The notes under the pieces were generated by a model, which was not told the DNA's origin, made no database searches, and saw only the letters and a list, made by a program, of their open reading frames with translations. Shown piece by piece: positions 29,621-38,136 of a stretch of 64,000 bases of DNA. The position numbers and the translations under genes are program-made. Numbering within the stretch: the stretch's first letter is position 1; every line of letters begins with the position of its first letter. Source of the stretch: an uncultured Acidobacteriota bacterium. GTDB taxonomy: Bacteria; Acidobacteriota; Thermoanaerobaculia; Multivoradales; JAHEKO01. The DNA lies in contig CAVQNG010000014.1 in NCBI GenBank assembly GCA_963713825.1, positions 256,001 to 320,000 on the forward strand, given 5' to 3'.

Positions 29621-30844
29621 TCACACTGTGCGTGTCGCAATCTCGGGAGCCACCTTGGAGGCTCGGATCGCCGGCAACAGTGCGGCGACGATACCAGTGA
29701 TCCAGAGAGCAATCGGCCCACCAGCGAGCAGATACCAGTCCATCTTGGGAGCGTCAGCGGCGTTCGTCAAAGCGACATTCAATCCGATGGTCAGGGCAAG
29801 GCCCAAGGCGAGACCGAAGCCGGTGATCATCCAATTCTCGACGAGGAAATGTCTCACGATATCGACTCGTGTCGCACCGAGAGCTCTCCGTGTGCCGATC
29901 TGTCGCATTCTTTCGGTGACGGAGAACGAGGTCAGACCGATGATTCCAATCGAGGTCACCGCAACCAGAAGGATGATGACCACGGTGAGGATTTTGATGA
30001 GTGCGAGGTTCATGACGAAGACTCGTCGTTTCACCTCTTGCATTGTCCGAATGGTAATGACGCGGCCGGGCTCGGTACGTCGCATGAGGTCCTCGAGCTC
30101 CGAATATACGGAGTCCGCGGCTCCAGGATCGGCCCTCACGATGTATCTCATTCGGTACTCGTTGCCCGGCTTGCCAGGTAGGAGCATGGTGTCATCGCCA
30201 TACCGTGAAGTGGGCCAGGAGTTGAGCAGGGTGCCGACGACACCAACCACAGTCTCGCCGCGGTCGCCACTGTCGTTTTGAATGACCTTGCCGACTGCGC
30301 TCTCGTCAGGGAAGAGCTTCTGAGCCAGTGAGCGGTTCAGGATGACGGAACGCACCGGCTCGCCGTTCTGGTAGGCGTCTTGGTCGTAGTCGAAGTCGGC
30401 TGCCGTGAAATCTCTACCCTCGATGAGCTCTACATCGAGCGTTTGAATCGCCCTCTCCGTGACAACGAACATTGGCGCCACCGTCGTGTCTAACTCCGAT
30501 CCTGCTGGCCGACGGTTCGTGGCGCTTCCCGAGCCACTCAAGGGGATCTGATGAAACCCTGCGGCCTCGACAACCCCCGGATACGAGCGCAGCCTGAGCA
30601 AGTCTTCAGCGCGTAGGGAGTCGACAAACTCCTCTTCCTTGAACTCGGGTGCGAAGGGCTCGGTGGCAACGACGAGAAGGTGGTCCTCGCTCATCCCCGA
30701 GGGCTTGAGGAACTCGGACCGCATGTCGAGCATGATGTTGATGCAGTTGGTGACGATGGCCAGGGTAAGGGCCACCTCTAGTGCGATCAGCCAGAAGCGG
30801 GACTTGTTGTGCATCAGGGCGCGAAAGATGGGGCCTAATTCCAT
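29621..30844 (-). CDS. MacB/FtsX-like ABC transporter permease
   Basis: N-terminal TM, periplasmic core, QIGTRRALGA, three C-terminal TMs. Confidence 0.9.
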   Translation of the reverse strand: MELGPIFRALMHNKSRFWLIALEVALTLAIVTNCINIMLDMRSEFLKPSGMSEDHLLVVATEPFAPEFKEEEFVDSLRAEDLLRLRSYPGVVEAAGFHQIPLSGSGSATNRRPAGSELDTTVAPMFVVTERAIQTLDVELIEGRDFTAADFDYDQDAYQNGEPVRSVILNRSLAQKLFPDESAVGKVIQNDSGDRGETVVGVVGTLLNSWPTSRYGDDTMLLPGKPGNEYRMRYIVRADPGAADSVYSELEDLMRRTEPGRVITIRTMQEVKRRVFVMNLALIKILTVVIILLVAVTSIGIIGLTSFSVTERMRQIGTRRALGATRVDIVRHFLVENWMITGFGLALGLALTIGLNVALTNAADAPKMDWYLLAGGPIALWITGIVAALLPAIRASKVAPEIATRTV

Positions 30845-30860
30845 GGTGCGGTCCTTTCTT

Positions 30861-32174
30861 CTATTGCAGCTTCAGGTATGTGGCAGGAGCCACACGGCAG
30901 ATGCGCCATGCGGGGTACAACCCGGCAACCAGCCCAGCGAACAGCGACAGCATGAAGGCCGCGAAAACCATTGTCAGATCGAGATGAAAGGCGAGGCGGT
31001 TGTCGAACAGGCGGTTGATGAGCTCCAAAGCCAGCCACGAGAGACCAAGTCCGAGAACACCTCCAAGGAGGCCAACCACCTCACACTCGACGATGTGTTG
31101 CAGGAAGACCGACAGCCGACTGGCGCCCAGTGCTCGACGAACGCCCACCTCCGGGGCTCGCCCCAGGAACTTCCCCAGTAGTATTCCGATGAGGTTCACA
31201 GAACAGACGATGAGAAACAGGATGGAGATGATGAGTAGCATCTTGGCTTCGTCTTGGACGACCTCTTCCGTCACCATATAGTCGGTGACGGAGAGCAGCA
31301 CGTTGTTGACGGGTCTGCCGTGGCGCCCCAACTTCTTTTGCTCCTGGGCATAGGCATCCAGAAAGGCCAGATACTCTTCCTTTTGCCGGCGGGAATTCAG
31401 TTCAACCCACATCTGAATCCAGACGGACTCCGACTCCAGAAAGTCCTGGTAGGTGTTTTGAGCGTAGGTCTTCCAGTTCGAATCGTTGCCGGAGCTGGCG
31501 ATTTCCATCGACTCGAGAAAGTTGAAGGGGATGAAGATCTCTTCTGGTTCCCCGAACGGGTTGTTGTTGAGATCGTAGAACTTGACGTCGGGTCGCCAAT
31601 CCCCGATGACGCCGACGACCGTGAACTCCTGGTTGTTGATTCGAATCCTCTGCCCGACGCTGTCCTCACCACCGAACAGTCGACGGTTGGTCTCAGCGCT
31701 GAGGACCACGACCGGTTCGAGGTCCTCATCGACGCTCGGTCCCCACGGACCTCCGAATTCGAAAGGGACCTCGAACATTGGAAAGAAGCCAGAGAAACAG
31801 AGCCGAGAGCTCGCCCGGTAGGGTTTGTCGTCGGCTCCTTCTGGCTGCACAGTCAGAGAGGACTTGAACATGCCGCTCTGGTAGGTGGGGATGTTGCTCT
31901 CCATGATGCTGCGCATGTCGCGATAGGAGACCTGGTTGGGTGGGCGGTCCGGATGGAACTCGTCGAAGGGGTCGTCAGGGTCCCAGGTGTCGATTTCCAC
32001 ATAGAAGAGTTGGTCGCTTTTTTCCGGGATCGGGTCTCCCGCCATGAGGTAGTAGGTAGTGATAAAGGCACTCGAGACTGCAATGCCGAGCCCGATTGCA
32101 CAGACCATGAGCGTGGATAGTGCCGGATTGCGACGCAGGCTCTTGAGGGCTAGTTTGATCTGGTAAGCGAGCAT
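30861..32174 (-). CDS. MacB/FtsX-like ABC transporter permease
   Basis: ALKSLRRNP, EVGVRRALGA, GLYPAWR. Confidence 0.9.
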   Translation of the reverse strand: MLAYQIKLALKSLRRNPALSTLMVCAIGLGIAVSSAFITTYYLMAGDPIPEKSDQLFYVEIDTWDPDDPFDEFHPDRPPNQVSYRDMRSIMESNIPTYQSGMFKSSLTVQPEGADDKPYRASSRLCFSGFFPMFEVPFEFGGPWGPSVDEDLEPVVVLSAETNRRLFGGEDSVGQRIRINNQEFTVVGVIGDWRPDVKFYDLNNNPFGEPEEIFIPFNFLESMEIASSGNDSNWKTYAQNTYQDFLESESVWIQMWVELNSRRQKEEYLAFLDAYAQEQKKLGRHGRPVNNVLLSVTDYMVTEEVVQDEAKMLLIISILFLIVCSVNLIGILLGKFLGRAPEVGVRRALGASRLSVFLQHIVECEVVGLLGGVLGLGLSWLALELINRLFDNRLAFHLDLTMVFAAFMLSLFAGLVAGLYPAWRICRVAPATYLKLQ

Positions 32175-32192
32175 GGTGCGTTCTCCCAGTGG

Positions 32193-32921
32193 CTAGAAGT
32201 TGGCGGCTTCCTGGCTTTCGGCTGGTGTGTAGAGGGGGGTGTGCTGCTCATGCGAATCGATGTCGATGAGCTTGCCGTCCAACAAGTAGATCTGTCGCTG
32301 AGTGCGGTTTGCCAGTTCCGCGTCGTGAGTGACGATCACCACGGTGGTGCCGAGATCATTGATCTTCTCCAGCATGTCCATGATCTCGTTGGCCATGGCC
32401 GAATCCAGATTTCCCGTCGGCTCATCGGCCAGTATGAGATTGGGGGTGCCTACGAGAGCGCGGGCTACGGCAACCCTTTGCTGCTGCCCACCCGAGAGCT
32501 GAGAGGGGTGGTGGTGGATTCTCGAGCTGAGACCGACGATATCGAGTGCCTGCTCGATAGCCTGGCGCCGTTGCTTCGAGGCCATGCCGCGATAGCGCAG
32601 GGGTACGTCGACGTTGTCGAAAACATCGAGATCAGGAATGAGATTGAAGCCCTGGAAGATGAAGCCGATCTGGCTGTTTCGAATGCGGGACATCTCCCGA
32701 TCGGCGAGACGACTGACATCCTCGCCGCCCAGTAGATAGGTGCCCTGATCGAAAGTGTCGAGGAGACCTGCGATGTTCAGGAAGGTTGTTTTTCCCGAGC
32801 CGGACGGACCCATGACGGAAACGAACTCCCCGGACTCGATCTTGAGGCTGAATTCGCTCAGGGCGTGAGTCTCTACGTGCGCTGTGCGGTAGATCTTCTG
32901 AATGGACTGCATATCAATCAT
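32193..32921 (-). CDS. ABC transporter ATP-binding protein (LolD/MacB type)
   Basis: GPSGSGKT, LSGGQQQR, ILADEPTGNLD, VTHD. Confidence 0.95.
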   Translation of the reverse strand: MIDMQSIQKIYRTAHVETHALSEFSLKIESGEFVSVMGPSGSGKTTFLNIAGLLDTFDQGTYLLGGEDVSRLADREMSRIRNSQIGFIFQGFNLIPDLDVFDNVDVPLRYRGMASKQRRQAIEQALDIVGLSSRIHHHPSQLSGGQQQRVAVARALVGTPNLILADEPTGNLDSAMANEIMDMLEKINDLGTTVVIVTHDAELANRTQRQIYLLDGKLIDIDSHEQHTPLYTPAESQEAANF

Positions 32922-32958
32922 GTCGGTTCTCCCTCGAATAGGGTGGAGTGCTTCGGCC

Positions 32959-34233
32959 TCAGCGCCGCAGGAGTACCCTCTTGGCGCCCTCGAACCGGGC
33001 AGTGTCGGAAATGATGAGCTGTTCTCCCAGCTCGAGTCCTGAGGAGATCTGAACCTCCGCCAGGCTGACGGCACCAACCTGGATGGGGCGAAGCACAGCG
33101 ATCCCATCCTCGATCACGTAGGCTTGACGACCTCCCCCTGCCTCCAGGAAGGGCCCTCTTGGCACCTTGAGCACGTCGATCTGTGTGTCCATGAGCAGTC
33201 TTGCCTGGACTCGTTGGTTCTGCTTCAGCCCGGTCGGAGGAGCTGCATCGAATGCGACACGTCCTCGAACTCGGCTGCCCTCGACTTCGGGCGAGATGCT
33301 GGCTACGCTGCCAAGGAAGGTCTCTCCTTCATAAGTAACTTCTGCATCTGTACCTATGACGATCTCGTCGGCGAAGCTCTCTGGCACTTGAATCTCGATC
33401 TCCAGTACCGAAAGGTCGACCACGGTAACCAGGCCCTGCCCTGGCGAGACCGCATCGTGGTCCCCGATCAGGAGGCGCGACAGGAGGCCGGATACCGGTG
33501 AGCGGATGGTCAGCTCATCGACCTGTCTCTCGAGCTCTTCCACCAAGAGACGCTGCCGCTCGACTTGCGATTCTCGGTTCTGCAGCTCGAAAGAGAGTGA
33601 GTCGGATTCGAAAATGGCCTGTTGGCGGGATACTTCCAACTTCAGCTCGGCAACCTTGACATCGTCCTGGGCCTTCTCGTACTCGACCGCGTTGAGAAGT
33701 CCCTCTTGGCGGGTGCGCTCGGCACGGTCCATGGCCCGCCTAGCCGCTTCGAGCTCGACCTCGAGGAGACCGATGCTCTGGCGATATCGAGCCCGAGACT
33801 GTTCAGCCAGGATGCGTTGCCGGTCGAGATCTGCCTGCAGCGAGAGGAGATTCGAGCCTTCCTGGCGAGCTCGGCTTTGGAGCTCGGGGCTCTGGACGTG
33901 ACCCAGAACCTGGCCTTGCTCGATAACCTGGCCGGCCGTGACTCGGAGGCGCGCGATGCCTTCGGTCTGAGCAAAAACAGTGGGATGAAATGCTGCGACG
34001 ATCCGTCCCTCGACGGCGACATCGCGGACGAGATCGCCTCGAGTGACCGTGCCCATGCGCACACGAGCGATGTCGATCGAGGTCTCCGATTCGGCCCATC
34101 GGCGCCAGGATGGAAGAAAGAGAGCCACCAGCACGATGAGGAGGAGCGCGGCGGCACCCCAGATCAGTTGCTTTCGAATCTTGGCGCCCGCGTTCGACAC
34201 CGGGCGATCCATGGATGAGTCGTCGCGAATCAT
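32959..34233 (-). CDS. Periplasmic adaptor (membrane fusion, MacA/HlyD-like) subunit
   Basis: N-terminal TM, lipoyl halves (G...V..GQVL; IRSPVSG), long coiled coil, SGLELGEQLI. Confidence 0.9.
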   Translation of the reverse strand: MIRDDSSMDRPVSNAGAKIRKQLIWGAAALLLIVLVALFLPSWRRWAESETSIDIARVRMGTVTRGDLVRDVAVEGRIVAAFHPTVFAQTEGIARLRVTAGQVIEQGQVLGHVQSPELQSRARQEGSNLLSLQADLDRQRILAEQSRARYRQSIGLLEVELEAARRAMDRAERTRQEGLLNAVEYEKAQDDVKVAELKLEVSRQQAIFESDSLSFELQNRESQVERQRLLVEELERQVDELTIRSPVSGLLSRLLIGDHDAVSPGQGLVTVVDLSVLEIEIQVPESFADEIVIGTDAEVTYEGETFLGSVASISPEVEGSRVRGRVAFDAAPPTGLKQNQRVQARLLMDTQIDVLKVPRGPFLEAGGGRQAYVIEDGIAVLRPIQVGAVSLAEVQISSGLELGEQLIISDTARFEGAKRVLLRR

Positions 34234-34262
34234 GGTCTTGATCCTTTGTCGAGGGTCTCTCG

Positions 34263-34278
34263 AGCAAGGCCCGTGCCA
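34263..34278 (-). promoter_or_regulatory. sigma54 (-24/-12) promoter of the exporter operon
   Basis: Minus strand TGGCACGGGCCTTGCT matches the TGGCAC-N5-TTGCW consensus and lies 29 nt upstream of ATG 34233. Confidence 0.85.
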
Positions 34279-34290
34279 GATGGAACTGGT

Positions 34291-34310
34291 GTGGACAAGT
34301 CGTTGTCCAC
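34291..34310. promoter_or_regulatory. Perfect palindrome GTGGACAA-N4-TTGTCCAC next to the sigma54 promoter
   Basis: 8-bp inverted repeat seen directly in the sequence. Confidence 0.55.
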
Positions 34311-34348
34311 GAAACACTTATGGCCGTTCCTCGTAGGAAACGATCATG

Positions 34349-34396
34349 GACTGGTTGTCAGGTGTCCGGTGGCAAGCGGACAGGTGTCAACCAGTC
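34349..34396. promoter_or_regulatory. Candidate upstream activator sequence (nested dyad) for the NtrC-family regulator
   Basis: GACTGGTTG...CAACCAGTC and TGTCCG-N8-CGGACA share one symmetry centre (34372.5), about 70-120 bp upstream of the -24 box. Confidence 0.65.
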
Positions 34397-34469
34397 GAGC
34401 GGGTGAATCGGTTAGACTGCCGAGCGTCCACCAAGTGCTTCTAAATTTCGGTTCCAGGGGATTTTTCAA

Positions 34470-35807
34470 GTGAGAAGGACGAATCTTCACGAGCTCATTC
34501 GCCTGCCGGAGAGGCAAGCGGTGAAGCAGTATCTCGACGGGGGGAACTTCAATGTTCTCAAGCAGATGCTGTTGGCCTGGGGTACGGTGTTCATCATTGG
34601 TGTGATCGTCTTGCTGAGCGAGAATCGCTTCGATCAGGCCGGAATTTGGGGCGGCGCCCTATTGGCGACCTTGAGTATCTATGTGGCCCGAAGAACTCAC
34701 TTTCTGCACGATAACTTGCGGCCGATCCTCGGGATCTATTTGGTCCTCGTGCTTCTGGTCTTCGCCCGAACGCTGGAGGAACCCGGTGCCGTGTACGCCT
34801 TTGCCGGGTTTCTCTTTCCAAGTCTGCTCTTGGTGTTTCGCCTTCGCTGGTACGAGTACCTCGCACTGCTGAGCATCTTCTTGGCGACCACGATCTGGGT
34901 GGTGATCACCAGCGATTTGGCACCTCAGGCCGGCTCTCGTGTCGGCATGCTGATCGGTGCCCTGGCGTGGTCGAGTGCGGTCTTCGGCATGAGCCAGCGC
35001 TTCACCCGCCGCAGAGTCGAGCGGTTTATCAGGGACTGGCGGGCCGAGCTGCTGCGCGAGAGAGAGCAGTCACGCATGAGGGACGAGTTGAACTCGGCCC
35101 GCGAAATGCAGTTGAGTATGCTGCCGCGTCACGATCCGGACATGGAGTGGCTCGACTTTTCAGGCGTCTCTCTGCCGGCGTCGGAAGTGGGCGGCGACTA
35201 TTTCGAGCATTTCAAGGTCACCGATTCCGTGCTGGCAGTGGTCATTGGCGATGTTGCAGGGCACGGCATGGCCAGTGGACTAGTCCTCTCCGGTGTCAGA
35301 AGTGGTCTCTACCTCTTGCGAGAGAATCTGATCTCACCCGTGGAGGTGCTAGAGCGCCTCAATCGCCTGGTTCGCGAAACGGCTCCCAGGCGGATGTTCG
35401 TAACTCTGCAAATCGCTGTGCTGAACGCGAAGACCCGGCGGCTCACGGTTGCGAATGCGGGCCATCCTCCGTTGGTGCGTCTCGACGCTTCGACAGGCAA
35501 GGCTGGTCTTCTGGGGTCGAGTGGCCTTCCTTTGGGTACTCAGCTCGAGCCCGAATTCGCGGTCGTTGAGCAGTCGATGGAACCCGGTGATGTCCTGGTT
35601 TTTCATACGGACGGTGTTCTGGAGGTCCGCGACTTCCACGAAGAAGGCTTTGGGGAGGACCGGTTGCGGCGGGAAGTCGAGCGCACCGGTCGCCGAAACT
35701 CGGCGCGACAGATCCGAGACTCGATCCTGAACGAGGTTTCCAGGTTCAAGGGCGATGTGAGCCAATCCGACGACCTGACTCTGGTCGTGGCTCGTTTCAC
35801 GCCGTGA
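34470..35807 (+). CDS. Membrane-bound PP2C/SpoIIE (RsbU-like) phosphatase
   Basis: About six TMs, then AREMQLSMLP, VGGDYF, GDVAGHG, NAGHPP, HTDGV, DDLT. Confidence 0.9.
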   Translation: MRRTNLHELIRLPERQAVKQYLDGGNFNVLKQMLLAWGTVFIIGVIVLLSENRFDQAGIWGGALLATLSIYVARRTHFLHDNLRPILGIYLVLVLLVFARTLEEPGAVYAFAGFLFPSLLLVFRLRWYEYLALLSIFLATTIWVVITSDLAPQAGSRVGMLIGALAWSSAVFGMSQRFTRRRVERFIRDWRAELLREREQSRMRDELNSAREMQLSMLPRHDPDMEWLDFSGVSLPASEVGGDYFEHFKVTDSVLAVVIGDVAGHGMASGLVLSGVRSGLYLLRENLISPVEVLERLNRLVRETAPRRMFVTLQIAVLNAKTRRLTVANAGHPPLVRLDASTGKAGLLGSSGLPLGTQLEPEFAVVEQSMEPGDVLVFHTDGVLEVRDFHEEGFGEDRLRREVERTGRRNSARQIRDSILNEVSRFKGDVSQSDDLTLVVARFTP

Positions 35808-35997
35808 AACGACGGCAGGGGGTGCGCAGACCCTCCCAGGAGTGGCTCCGATGAGGACTGTGGTGACTGCATCAAGACTCTGGACTATTGCGGGTTACCG
35901 TGCCTCTGACTAGGATGGGAAGATAGACGGGTAGAGGATCTACCCCGCAAGCTCTGCCCCCGCTGATTTCTCGATGGATCGAAAGGAGAACAACCCA

Positions 35998-36675
35998 ATG
36001 GATGTCAACGATTTCGCGATCGCCACAGTAGCGCCTCGCCTGCCGAGAATTGGCGACGCGGCTCCCCAGTTCGAGGCTCCAACGACCCATGGCACCTTGC
36101 GGCTGGAGGATTTCAAAGGCAGTTGGCTGGTGCTGTTTTCCCACCCGGCGGATTTCACTCCGGTCTGTACGACCGAGTTCATCGGATTTGCCAAGGCCCA
36201 AGGGGCTTTGCGGCAGCTCAACACGGAGTTGCTGGGCCTTTCTATCGATAGCGTCTACTCCCACATCTCGTGGGTGCGCAATGTCGAAGAGAAGATGGGG
36301 ATCAAGGTCGAGTTCCCGGTCATCGCTGATCTGAGCAAGGAAGTGGCAACTCTTTACGGCATGATCATGCCTGGAGAGAGCAAGACCGAGACCTCACGCT
36401 GTGTCTTCGTCATCGATCCCGAGCAGATCTTGCGGGCCATGATCTATTACCCACTGACCACCGGCAGGAATATCGACGAAATCATTCGTCTCATCAAGGC
36501 CCTGCAGACCGCTGACGAGTATGGCGTCGCGACGCCAGCCAACTGGCAGCCTGGGGACAGAGTGATCATTCCGCCACCACAAACCCAGGAGGCGGCTGAA
36601 GAGAGAGTGCAGACAGAGGGGGTGGAGTGCAAGGACTGGTACTTTTGCACGAAGGAACTGCCGGAGGCCGGGTAG
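35998..36675 (+). CDS. Peroxiredoxin, Prx6 subfamily (archaeal-like, with C-terminal Cys pair)
   Basis: FSHPADFTPVCTTE; YYPLTTGRN; TPANW; C-terminal CKDWYFC; AAGGAG RBS. Confidence 0.92.
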   Translation: MDVNDFAIATVAPRLPRIGDAAPQFEAPTTHGTLRLEDFKGSWLVLFSHPADFTPVCTTEFIGFAKAQGALRQLNTELLGLSIDSVYSHISWVRNVEEKMGIKVEFPVIADLSKEVATLYGMIMPGESKTETSRCVFVIDPEQILRAMIYYPLTTGRNIDEIIRLIKALQTADEYGVATPANWQPGDRVIIPPPQTQEAAEERVQTEGVECKDWYFCTKELPEAG

Positions 36676-36905
36676 TGGCCTGTGTCAATTCAGACGGGAG
36701 TCTCTCGAGCTCGGGGCTCGAGCTCCTGAAGCTGGCGACCGAGCCCGTGTCGCCAGATACGATCTCCAGGGAGTTGGGAATTCCTCTGTTCAAGGTGCGA
36801 GCCAGTCTGAGGGAAATGCTGGCAGCAGGTCTGGTCGTTGAGAAGCCAGCCGGTTACCAGACTACTGAGGACGGTCTTAACAAGGTCGGTACTGTGTTGG
36901 CCTGA
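36675..36905 (+). CDS. Small winged-HTH protein with N-terminal Cys
   Basis: GTG overlaps the prx TAG; MACVNSDG...SPDTISRELGIPLFKVRASLREMLAAGLV...YQTTEDG wHTH pattern. Confidence 0.75.
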   Translation: MACVNSDGSLSSSGLELLKLATEPVSPDTISRELGIPLFKVRASLREMLAAGLVVEKPAGYQTTEDGLNKVGTVLA

Positions 36906-36961
36906 TAATAGAACTGCGTTCGACACGGATCGAAGGACGACAGGAGAGACTCTTCCATCAG

Positions 36962-38074
36962 TCAGGGCAAGAAGGCCTTCTTGTTGGCCATCTTGCGCGG
37001 CAGGTACTCGTCGATCACGAAGTTGAGACCGTGTTTGGCGAGAGCCTGCTGCTCGACGCGAACGCCCATGCGGATCTGCTTCTGGAGCGCCTCCTGCCAG
37101 AGGCGGTGATGCTGGATGAAGGGATCATTCTTCAGCGCATCTTTGGCTCGTTTGACATCGACGTCCTTCAATGGATGCGTGGGCAGGTCGTATTCCTCGA
37201 TGTCGTCAGGTGTGACACCCAGGAACCGTGCCTGGGGGACGCAGAAGAACTCGTTCAGGTGAGCGGCATTGCCCGAGCCCGCTTTGAGAGTTCGGTAGAT
37301 GTTGCTGTAACCGTAGGGATCTCCGTCGACAAAGACATACACGGGTAGGTGGTGATCGTCGGCGAGACGTCGAATGAACCTCCTGCAAGCTCTCGTCGGT
37401 ACTCCCCCAAGGGAGATGAGGATGCAGTTCGCCGAGCGCCAGTAGGCGTGCTTGACCAGCCGCTGGAACATGCCAGCCGTCTCGATGGCCAGGATGAACT
37501 CCGCGCTGGTCTCGAATTTGAGCTGTTCGACCGAAATGGGGATGGAGTAGGCGCCACTTCCGAAGCGCGTGCAGTCGATGCGGAGACTCTCACCGGTCTC
37601 CCGATCGTGGTCGATGACGACGAGCTGGCCAGCGACATCGCCTCCCTTTTCCTCCGGGATGAAGCCGAGTTGTTCGCGATTGACGCCGAAGAGTGCTTCG
37701 ACATCGTCGATGACCGTGTCACTCTCCGGTTGTTCGTTGAATCGGGCATCGTCCCAGTTCTTGCTGACGTAGTAGGCCTCTCTCTTGGTGGCGATATCGT
37801 CGGTTTCGACCAGCTCCTTGCTGAAGGCCATCATGCGAAGAGTCTGCGCAAAGGTCTTGACTGTGCCGACAGTGAGCGTGCGTTCCTTCTTGCGGCCTTT
37901 GATCTCGAAATGCCCTTTCTTGGGCCGGTAGATGACGTTGGACAAGCTGCGCACCGGAAACTTCATGGACGGGGTCTTGCGTTGCAGGATCTTGGTGCGG
38001 ATGCCGCTAGCTTCGGCGCGGATTCGTTTGGCCACCGATGAGGCGGCCGGCTTGGAAGACGTCTTGGAAGGCAT
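36962..38074 (-). CDS. top6A: DNA topoisomerase VI subunit A (Spo11 family)
   Basis: Catalytic Tyr motif TKREAYY; QPESD; TOPRIM IETAGMF, GGVP, DGDPYG; EQQAL. Confidence 0.93.
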   Translation of the reverse strand: MPSKTSSKPAASSVAKRIRAEASGIRTKILQRKTPSMKFPVRSLSNVIYRPKKGHFEIKGRKKERTLTVGTVKTFAQTLRMMAFSKELVETDDIATKREAYYVSKNWDDARFNEQPESDTVIDDVEALFGVNREQLGFIPEEKGGDVAGQLVVIDHDRETGESLRIDCTRFGSGAYSIPISVEQLKFETSAEFILAIETAGMFQRLVKHAYWRSANCILISLGGVPTRACRRFIRRLADDHHLPVYVFVDGDPYGYSNIYRTLKAGSGNAAHLNEFFCVPQARFLGVTPDDIEEYDLPTHPLKDVDVKRAKDALKNDPFIQHHRLWQEALQKQIRMGVRVEQQALAKHGLNFVIDEYLPRKMANKKAFLP

Positions 38075-38136
38075 CAAAGGCTCCTTGGGTAGAGCTCGAT
38101 CATCATGACGAGACTTAGGTGTTTCAATCCGGGGAT

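Noticed and set aside
29621-34233. RiPP (darobactin-like) biosynthetic cluster suggested by the exporter type
   Set aside because: There is no adjacent precursor peptide or maturase; the only radical SAM gene is about 26 kb away and SPL-like.
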